Shown here piece after piece: positions 49,101-62,200 of a stretch of DNA of 64,000 bases (positions within the stretch are counted from its first letter, which is position 1; each line of letters begins with the position of its first letter). The position numbers and the translations under genes were made by a program. Below the pieces are notes generated by a model. The model saw only the letters and a program-made list of their open reading frames with translations. It did not search any database and had not been told where the DNA came from. This DNA is from Bugula neritina (taxonomy: Eukaryota; Animalia; Bryozoa): positions 62,001 to 126,000 of the forward strand of contig CAXIUT010000230.1 of the NCBI GenBank assembly GCA_964035545.1. The letters are read 5' to 3'.

Positions 49101-52100
49101 AGATACTGAAATAAACTGTAACACATTGAAAAATACTGCAACATACTGAAAGATACTGCAAGATACTGCAACATACTGAACTACACTGTAACATAATGAA
49201 ACACACTGCAACATACTGTATTATACTGATATGCACTGGAACATATTGAAATACACTGCAACAAATTGAAGTATACTGCAACACACTGAAACATACGGCA
49301 ACATACTGAAATATACTGCAACAGATTGATATATACAGCAACATACTGAAATATACTGCGAAACAATGCAATATACTGTAACATACTGAAATATGCTGTA
49401 GCACACTGAAATACACTGCAACTCACTGAAATATCCCGCAACATCCTGAAATACACTGTAACATATTGAAATATACTGCAACATACTGCAACATACTGAA
49501 ATACACTGGAACATATTGAAATACACTGCAACAAATTGAAGTATACTGCAACACACTGAAACACACTGAAATACACCGCAAAACACCACAACATACTGAA
49601 ACATATTGCAACATACTGAAATACACTACTACATACTGAAATATACTGCAACATACTGCACCATACTGAAATACACTGTAACATACTAGAATACACTGCA
49701 ACATACTACAACATATTGAAATACACTGCAACACATTGAAATATACTGCAACATACCTAAATATACGTTAATATACTGAAATATACTGTAACACATTGAA
49801 AAACACTGCAACATACTGAAATACACTGCAACACACTAAAATACACCGCCAAATACTACAACATACTGAAATGCACTGTAACATATTGAAATACACTGCA
49901 ACACATTGAAATATACTGTAACATACCTAAATATACGGTAATATACCAAAATATACTGTAACACATTTAAAAATACTGCAACATACTGAAATACACTGCA
50001 ACACACTGAAATACACTGCAAAATACTGTAACACACTGAAATATACTGCAATACACTGCAACATACTGCAACATACTAAAATATACTGCAACATACTGAA
50101 ATACACTGCAAAATACTGAAATACACTTTAACATACTGAAATATACTGCAACATACTGAAATACACTGCTACATACTGAAATATACTGCAACACACTGCA
50201 ACATTGTGCAACATACTAAAATACACTGTAACATATTGAAATACACTGCAACACATTGAAATATACTGCAAAATACTGAAATACACTGCTACATACTGAA
50301 ATATACTGCGACACACTGCAACATACTGCAACATACTAAAATATTCTGCAACATACTGAAATACACTGTAACATACTGAAATATACTGCAACATACTGAA
50401 ATACATTGCTACATACTGAAATATACTGCAACACACTGCAACATACTGCAACATACTAAAATATACTGCAACATACTGAAATATACTGCAACATACTAAA
50501 ATACACTGTAACATATTGAAATACACTGCAACACATTGAAATATACTGCAATGTACCGAAATATATGGTAAACTACTGAAATATACTGTCACACATTGAA
50601 AAATACTGCAACATACTGAAATATACTGCGACACATTGCAATATACTGTAACATACTGAAATATGCTGTAGCACACTAAAATACACTGCAACTCACTGAA
50701 ATATACTGCAACATACTGAAATACACTTCAACACATTGAAATATACTGCAACATACTGAAATACAGTGCTACATACTAAAATATACTGCAACATACTGCA
50801 ACATAGTGAAATACACTGTAACATACTGAAATACACTGCAACATACTACAACATACTGAAATACACTGCAACACATTGAAATATACTGTAACATACCTAA
50901 ATATACGGTTATATACCAAAATATACTGTAACACATTTAAAAAAACTGCAACATACTGAAATACACTGCAACACACTGAAATACACTGCAAAATACTGTA
51001 ACACACTGAAATATACTGCAATATACTACAACATATTGAAAGACACTGCAACACATTGAAATATACTGCAACATACCTAAATATACGGTAATATACAGAA
51101 ATATACTGTAACACATTGAAAAACACTGCAACAGACTGAAATACACTGCAACACACTGAAATACACAGCAAAATACTACAACATACTGAAATGCACTGTA
51201 ACATATTGAAATACACTGCAACACATTGAAATATACTGCAATGTGCCGAAATATATGGTAAACTACAGAAATATACTGACACACATCGCAATATACTGTA
51301 ACATACTGAAATATGCTGTAGCACACTGAAATACACTGCAACTCACTGAAATATACTGCAACATACTGAAATACACTGTAACATATTGAAATATACTGCA
51401 ACATACTGCAACATACTGAAATACATTGCAACACACTGAAATACACTGCAAAACACTGTAACACACTGAAATATACTGCAATGTACCGAAATATATGGTG
51501 AACTACTGAAATATACTGTCACACATTGAAAAATACTGCAACATACTGAAATATACTGCGACACATTGCAATATACTGTAACATACTGACATATGCTGTA
51601 GCACACTGAAATACACTGCAACTCACTGAAATATACTGCAACATACTGAAATACACTTCAACACATTGAAATATACTGCAACATACTGAAATACAGTGCT
51701 ACTTACTGAAATATACTGCAACATACTGCAACATAGTGAAATACACTGTAACATACTGAAATACACTGCAACATACTGCAACATACTGAAATACACTGCA
51801 ACACACTGAAATACACTGCAAAATACTGTAACACACTGAAATATACTGCAATACACTGCAACATACCGCAACATACTAAAATATACTGCAACATACTGAA
51901 ATACACTGCAAAATACTGAAATACACTTTAACATACTGAAATATACTGCAACATACTGAAATACACTGCTACATACTGAAATATACTGCAACACACTGCA
52001 ACATACTGCAACATACTAAAATACACTGTAACATATTGAAATACACTGCAACACATTGAAATATACTGCAAAATACTGAAATACACTGCTACATACTGAA

Positions 52101-53575
52101 ATATACTGCGACACACTGCAACATACTGCAACATACTAAAATATACTGCAACATACTGAAATACACTGCTAAATACTGAAATACACTGTAACATACTGAA
52201 ACACACTGCAAAATACTACAACATATTGAAATACACTGCAATACATTGAAATATACTGCAACATACCTAAATATACGGTAATATACTGAAATATACTGTA
52301 ACACATTGAAAAATACTACAAAATACTGAAATACACTACAACATACTACAACATACTGAAATACGCTGTAATACATTGAAATACACTGCAACACCTTGAA
52401 ATATACTGTAACTCGCTGAAACATACTGTAACTCACTGAAATATAGTGTAATATATGGAAATGTACTGTAAAATACTGGAATATACTCTAACACACTGAA
52501 ATATACTGCAACATACTGAAATACACTGTAACATACTGAATTATACTGCAACATCCTGCAACATACTGAAATACACTGTAACATACTGAAATACACTGCA
52601 ACACACTGCAACATACTGCAACATACTAAAATATACTGCAACATACTGAAATACACTGCAAAATACTGAAATACACTGTAACACACTGAAATATACTGCA
52701 ACATACTGCAACATACTAAAATATGCTGCAACATACTGAAATACACTGCAAAATACTGAAATACACTATAACATACTGAAATATACTGCAACACACTGCA
52801 ACATACCGCAACATGCTAAAATATACTGCAACATACTGAAATACACTGCAAAATACTGAAATACACTGTAACATACTGAAATATACTGCAACATACTGAA
52901 ATACACTGCTACATACTGAAATATACTGCAACACACTGCAACATACTGCAACATACTAAAATACACTGCAACATAATGAAATACACTGCAACACATTGAA
53001 ATATACTGCATGCAAAATACTGAAATACACTGCTACATACTGAAATATACTGCAACACACTGCAACATACTGCAACATACTAAAATATACTGCAACATAC
53101 TGAAATACACTGCAAAATACTGAAATACACTGTAACATACTGAAATATACTGCAACACACTGCAACATACTGCAACATACTAAAATACACTGTAACATAT
53201 TGAAATACACTGCAACACAGTGAAATATACTGCAATGTACCGAAATATATGGTGAACTGCTGAAATATACTGTCACACATTGAAAAATACTGCAACATAC
53301 TGAAATATACTGTAACATACTGAAATACGCTGTAGCACACTGAAATACACTGCAACTCACTGAAATATACTGCAACATACTGAAATACACTGTAACATAA
53401 TGAAAAATACTGCAGCATAGTGCAACATACTGAAATACACTGTAACATACTGAAATACACTGCAAAATACTAAAACATATTGAAATACACTGCAACACAT
53501 TGAAATATACTGCAACATACCTAAATATACGGTAAGATACTGAAATAAACTGTAACACATTGAAAAATACTGCAA
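37150..53575. repeat. ~16.4-kb segmental copy of ~1710-23580, lacking one 5347-bp unit and 100 bp
   Basis: Offset 35441 for 1900/37341 through 8721/44162. After a 100-bp deletion near 44860 the offset is 35341 (9588/44929), or 29994 relative to the second 5347 copy (14935/44929, 20134/50128, 22962/52956). Length check: 21870-5347-100 = ~16.4 kb. Confidence 0.88.
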
Positions 53576-55789
53576 CATACTGAAAGATACTGCAAGATAC
53601 TGCAACATACTGAACTACACTGTAACATAATGAAACACACTGCAACATACTGTATTATACTGACATGCACTGGAACATATTGAAATACACTGCAACAAAT
53701 TGAAGTATACTGCAACACACTGAAACATACGGCAACATACTGAAATATACTGCAACAGATTGATATATACAGCAACATACTGAAATATACTGCGAAACAA
53801 TGCAATATACTGTAACATACTGAAATATGCTGTAGCACACTGAAATACACTGCAACTCACTGAAATATCCCGCAACATACTGAAATACACTGTAACATAT
53901 TGAAATATACTGCAACATACTGCAACATACTGAAATACACTGGAACATATTGAAATACACTGCAACAAATTGAAGTATACTGCAACACACTGAAACACAC
54001 TGAAATACACCGCAAAACACTACAACATACTGAAACATATTGCAACATACTGAAATACACTACTACATACTGAAATATACTGCAACATACTGCACCATAC
54101 TGAAATACACTGTAACATACTAGAATACACTGCAACATACTACAACATATTGAAATACACTGCAACACATTGAAATATACTGCAACATACCTAAATATAC
54201 GTTAATATACTGAAATATACTGTAACACATTGAAAAACACTGCAACATACTGAAATACACTGCAACACACTAAAATACACCGCCAAATACTACAACATAC
54301 TGAAATGCACTGTAACATATTGAAATACACTGCAAAACATTGAAATATACTGTAACATACCTAAATATACGGTAATATACCAAAATATACTGTAACACAT
54401 TTAAAAATACTGCAACATACTGAAATACACTGCAACACACTGAAATACACTGCAAAATACTGTAACACACTGAAATATACTGCAATACACTGCAACATAC
54501 TGCAACATACTAAAATATACTGCAACATACTGAAATACACTGCAAAATACTGAAATACACTTTAACATACTGAAATATACTGCAACATACTGAAATACAC
54601 TGCTACATACTGAAATATACTGCAACACACTGCAACATTGTGCAACATACTAAAATACACTGTAACATATTGAAATACACTGCAACACATTGAAATATAC
54701 TGCAAAATACTGAAATACACTGCTACATACTGAAATATACTGCGACACACTGCAACATACTGCAACATACTAAAATATTCTGCAACATACTGAAATACAC
54801 TGTAACATACTGAAATATACTGCAACATACTGAAATACATTGCTACATACTGAAATATACTGCAACACACTGCAACATACTGCAACATACTAAAATATAC
54901 TGCAACATACTGAAATATACTGCAACATACTAAAATACACTGTAACATATTGAAATACACTGCAACACATTGAAATATACTGCAATGTACCGAAATATAT
55001 GGTAAACTACTGAAATATACTGTCACACATTGAAAAATACTGCAACATACTGAAATATACTGCGACACATTGCAATATACTGTAACATACTGAAATATGC
55101 TGTAGCACACTGAAATACACTGCAACTCACTGAAATATACTGCAACATACTGAAATACAGTGCTACATACTGAAATATACTGCAACATACTGCAACATAG
55201 TGAAATACACTGTAACATACTGAAATACACTGCAACATACTACAACATACTGAAATACACTGCAACACATTGAAATATACTGTAACATACCTAAATATAC
55301 GGTAATATACCAAAATATACTGTAACACATTTAAAAAAACTGCAACATACTGAAATACACTGCAACACACTGAAATACACTGCAAAATACTGTAACACAC
55401 TGAAATATACTGCAATATACTGAAATACACTGCAAAATACTGAAATACACTTTAACATACTGAAATTTACTGCAACATACTGAAATACACTGCTACATAC
55501 TGAAATATACTGCAACACACTGCAACATACTGCAACATACTAAAATACACTGTAACATATTGAAATACATTGCAACACATTGAAAAATACTACAAAATAC
55601 TGAAATACACTGCAACATACTACAACATACTGAAATACGCTGTAATACATTGAAATACACTGCAACACATTGAAATATACTGTAACGCGCTGAAACAAAC
55701 CGTAACTCACTGAAATATAGTGTAATATACGGAAATGTACTGTAAAATACTGGAATATACTGTAACACACTGAAATATACTGCAACATA

Positions 55790-56040
55790 CTGAAATACAC
55801 TGTAACATACTGAATTATACTGCAACATCCTGCAACATACTGAAATACACTGTAACATACTGAAATACACTGCAACACACTGCAACATACTGCAACATAC
55901 TAAAATATACTGCAACATACTGAAATACACTGCAAAATACTGAAATACACTGTAACACACTGAAATATACTGCAACATACTGAAATACACTGTAACATAC
56001 TGAATTATACTGCAACATCCTGCAACATACTGAAATACAC
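55790..56040. repeat. Local 190-bp-spaced duplication of the TGAATTATAC TGCAACATCC motif, repeated at ~58255-58505 (offset 2464)
   Basis: The motif occurs at 55811 and 56001, and at 58275 and 58465. Elsewhere it occurs once per unit. ORF pair 55815/58279. Confidence 0.8.
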
Positions 56041-59000
56041 TTTAACATACTGAAATATACTGCAACATACTGAAATACACTGCTACATACTGAAATATAC
56101 TGCAACACACTGCAAAATACTGCAACATACTAAAATATACTGTAACATATTGAAATACACTGCAACACATTGAAATATACTGCAAAATACTGAAATACAC
56201 TGCTACATACTGAAATATACTGTGACACACTGCAACATACTGCAACATACTAAAATATACTGCAACATACTGAAATACACTGCAAAATACTGAAATATAC
56301 TGCAACATACTGAAATACACTGCAAAATACTGAAATACACTGTAACATTCTGAAATATACTGCAACATACTGAAATACACTGCTACATACTGAAATATAC
56401 TGCAACACACTGCAACATACTGCAACATACTAAAACACACTGTAACATAATGAAATACACTGCAACACATTGAAATATACTGCATGCAAAATACTGAAAT
56501 ACACTGCTACATACTGAAATGTACTGCAACACACTGCAACATACTGCAACATACTAAAATATACTGCAACATACTGAAATACACTGCAAAATACTGAAAT
56601 ACACTGTAACATACTGAAATATACTGCAACACACTGCAACATACTGCAACATACTAAAATACACTGTAACATATTGAAATACACTGCAACACAGTGAAAT
56701 ATACTGCAATGTACCGAAATATATGGTGAACTGCTGAAATATACTGTCACACATTGAAAAATACTGCAACATACTGAAATATACTGCGACACATTGCAAT
56801 ATACTGTAACATACTGAAATATGCTGTAGCACACTGAAACACACTGCAACTCACTGAAATATACTGCAACATACTGAAATACACTGTAACATATTGAAAT
56901 ATACTGCAACATACTGAAATACAGTGCTACATACTGAAATATACTGCAACATACTGCAACATACTGAAATACACTGTAACATACTGAAATACACTGCAAC
57001 ATACTACAACATATTGAAAGACACTGCAACACATTGAAATATACTGCAACATACCTAAATATACGGTAATATACAGAAATATACCGTAACACATTGAAAA
57101 ACACTGCAACATACTGAAATACACTGCAACACACTGAAATACACCGCAAAATACTACAACATACTGAAATGCACTCTAACATATTGAAATACACTGCAAC
57201 ACATTGAAATATACTGCAATGTACCGAAATATATGGTAAACTACTGAAATATACTGTCACACATTGAAAAATACTGCAACATACTGAAATATACTGCGAC
57301 ACATTGCAATATACTGTAACATACTGACATATGCTGTAGCACACTGAAATACACTGCAACTCACTGAAATATACTGCAACATACTGAAATACACTTCAAC
57401 ACATTGAAATATACTGCAACATACTGAAATACAGTGCTACATACTGAAATATACTGCAACATACTGCAACATAGTGAAATACACTGTAACATACTGAAAT
57501 ACACTGCAACATACTGCAACATACTGAAATACACTGCAACACACTGAAATACACTGCAAAATACTGTAACACACTGAAATATACTGCAATACACTGCAAC
57601 ATACCGCAACATACTAAAATATACTGCAACATACTGAAATACACTGCAAAATACTGAAATACACTTTAACATACTGAAATATACTGCAACATACTGAAAT
57701 ACGCTGCTACATACTGAAATATACTGCAACACACTGCAACATACTGCAACATACTAAAATACACTGTAACATATTGAAATACACTGCAACACATTGAAAT
57801 ATACTGCAAAATACTGAAATACACTGCTACATACTGAAATATACTGCGACACACTGCAACATACTGCAACATACTAAAATATACTGCAACATACTGAAAT
57901 ACACTGCTAAATACTGAAATACACTGTAACATACTGAAACACACTGCAAAATACTACAACATATTGAAATACACTGCAATACATTGAAATATACTGCAAC
58001 ATACCTAAATATACGGTAATATACTGAAATATACTGTAACACATTGAAAAATACTACAAAATACTGAAATACACTGCAACATACTACAACATACTGAAAT
58101 ACGGTGTAATACATTGAAATACACTGCAACACCTTGAAATATACTGTAACTCGCTGAAACATACTGTAACTCACTGAAATATAGTGTAATATACGGAAAT
58201 GTACTGTAAATTACTGGAATATACTGTAACACACTGAAATATACTGCAACATACTGAAATACACTGTAACATACTGAATTATACTGCAACATCCTGCAAC
58301 ATACTGAAATACACTGTAACATACTGAAATACACTGCAACACACTGCAACATACTGCAACATACTAAAATATACTGCAACATACTGAAATACACTGCAAA
58401 ATACTGAAATACACTGTAACACACTGAAATATACTGCAACATACTGAAATACACTGTAACATACTGAATTATACTGCAACATCCTGCAACATACTGAAAT
58501 ACACTTTAACATACTGAATAATACTGCAACATACTGAAATACACTGCTACATACTGAAATATACTGCAACACACTGCAACATACTGCAACATACTAAAAT
58601 ACACTGTAACATATTGAAATACACTGCAACACATTGAAATATACTGCAAAATACTGAAATACACTGCTACATACTGAAATATACTGCGACACACTGCAAC
58701 ATACTGCAACATACTAAAATATACTTCAACATACTGAAATACACTGCAAAATACTGAAATATACTGCAACATACTGAAATACACTGCAAAATACTGAAAT
58801 ACACTGTAACATTCTGAAATATACTGCAACATACTGAAATACACTGCTACATACTGAAATATACTGCAACACACTGCAACATACTGCAACATACTGAAAT
58901 ACACTGGAACATATTGAAATACACTGCAACAAATTGAAGTATACTGCAACACACTGAAACACACTGAAATACACCGCAAAACACTACAACATACTGAAAC

Positions 59001-59289
59001 ATATTGCAACATACTGAAATACACTACTACATACTGAAATATACTGCAACATACTGCACCATACTGAAATACACTGTAACATACTAAAATACACTGCAAC
59101 ATACTACAACATATTGAAATACACTGCAACACATTGAAATATACTGCAACATACCTAAATATACGTTAATATACAGAAATATACTGAAACACATTGAAAA
59201 ACACTGCAACATACTGAAATACACTGCAACACACTAAAATACACCGCCAAATACTACAACATACTGAAATGCACTGTAACATATTGAAA

Positions 59290-62200
59290 TACACTGCAAC
59301 ACATTGAAATATACTGTAACATACCTAAATATACGGTAATATACCAAAATATACTGTAACACATTTAAAAATACTGCAACATACTGAAATACACTGCAAC
59401 ACACTGAAATACACTGCAAAATACTGTAACACACTGAAATATACTGCAATACACTGCAACATACTGCAACATACTAAAATATACTGCAACATACTGAAAT
59501 ACACTGCAAAATACTGAAATACACTTTAACATACTGAAATATACTGCAACATACTGAAATACACTGCTACATACTGAAATATACTGCAACATACTGCAAC
59601 ATACTGCAACATACTAAAATACACTGTAACATATTGAAATACACTGCAACACATTGAAATATACTGCAAAATACTGAAATACACTGCTACATACTGAAAT
59701 ATACTGCGACACACTGCAACATACTGCAACATACTAAAATATACTGCAACATACTGAAATACACTGCAAAATACTGAAATACACTGTAACATACTGAAAT
59801 ATACTGCAACATACTGAAATACATTGCTACATACTGAAATATACTGCAACACACTGCAACATACTGCAACATACTAAAATATACTGCAACATACTGAAAT
59901 ATACTGCAACATACTAAAATACACTGTAACATATTGAAATACACTGCAACACATTGAAATATACTGCAATGTACCGAAATATATGGTAAACTACTGAAAT
60001 ATACTGTCACACATTGAAAAATACTGCAACATACTGAAATATACTGCGACACATTGCAATATACTGTAACATACTGAAATATGCTGTAGCACACTGAAAT
60101 ACACTGCAACTCACTGAAATATACTGCAACATACTGAAATACACTTCAACACATTGAAATATACTGCAACATACTGAAATACAGTGCTACATACTGAAAT
60201 ATACTGCAACATACTGCAACATAGTGAAATACACTGTAACATACTGAAATACGCTGCAACATACTACAACATATTGAAATACACTGCAACACATTGAAAT
60301 ATACTGTAATATACCTAAATATACGGTAATATACCAAAATATACTGTAACACATTTAAAAAAACTGCAACATACTGAAATACACTGCAACACACTGAAAT
60401 ACACTGCAAAATACTGTAACACACTGAAATATACTGCAATACACTGCTACATACTGCAACATACTAAAATATACTGCAATATACTGAAATACACTGCAAA
60501 ATACTGAAATACACTTTAACATACTGAAATATACTGCAACATACTGAAATACACTGCTACATACTGAAATATACTGCAACACACTGCAACATACTGCAAC
60601 ATACTAAAATACACTGTAACATATTGAAATACATTGCAACACATTGAAATATACTGCAAAATACTGAAATACACTGCTACATACTGAAATATACTGCGAC
60701 ACACTGCAACATACTGCAACATACTAAAATATACTGCAACATACTGAAATACACTGCTAAATACTGAAATACACTGTAACATACTGAAATACACTGCAAA
60801 ATACTACAACATATTGAAATACACTGCAATACATTGAAATATACTGCAACATACCTAAATATACGGTAATATGCTGAAATATACTGTAACACATTGAAAA
60901 ATACTACAAAATACTGAAATACACTGCAACATACTACAACATACTGAAATACGCTGTAATACATTGAAATACACTGCAACACATTGAAATATACTGTAAC
61001 GCGCTGAAACATACTGTAACTCACTGAAACATAGTGTAATATACGGAAATGTACTGTAAAGTACTGGAATATACTGTAACATACTGAAATATACTGCAAC
61101 ATACTGAAATACACTGTAACATACTGAATTATACTGCAACATCCTGCAACATACTGAAATACACTGTAACATACTGAAATACACTGCAACACACTGCAAC
61201 ATACTGCAACATACTAAAATATACTGCAACATACTGAAATACACTGCAAAATACTGAAATACACTGTAACACACTGAAATATACTGCAACATACTGCAAC
61301 ATACTAAAATATGCTGCAACATACTGAAATACACTGCAAAATACAGAAATACACCATAACATACTGAAATATACTGCAACACACTGCAACATACCGCAAC
61401 ATGGTAAAATATACTGCAACATACTGAAATACACTGCAAAATACTGAAATACACTGTAACATTCTGAAATATACTGCAACATACTGAAATACACTGCTAC
61501 ATACTGAAATATACTGCAACACACTGCAACATACTGCAACATACTAAAATACACTGTAACATAATGAAATACACTGCAACACATTGAAATATACTGCATG
61601 CAAAATACTGAAATACACTGCTACATACTGAAATATACTGCAACACACTGCAACATACTGCAACATACTAAAATACACTGTAACATATTGAAATACACTG
61701 CAACACAGTGAAATATACTGCAATGTACCAAAATATATGGTGAACTGCTGAAATATACTGTCACACATTGAAAAATACTGCAACATACTGAAATATACTG
61801 CGACACATTGCAATATACTGTAACATACTGAAATATGCTGTAGCACACTGAAACACACTGCAACTCACTGAAATATACTGCAACATATTGAAATACACTG
61901 TAACATATTGAAATATACTGCAACATACTGAAATACAGTGCTACATACTGAAATATACTGCAACATACTGCAAAATACTGAAATACACTGTAACATACTG
62001 AAATACACTGCAACATACTACAACATATTGAAAGACACTGCAACACATTGAAATATACTGTAACATACCTAAATATACGGTAATATACCAAAATATACTG
62101 TAACACATTTAAAAATACTGCAACATACTGAAATACACTGCAACACACTGAAATACACTGCAAAATACTGTAACACACTGAAATATACTGCAATACACTG

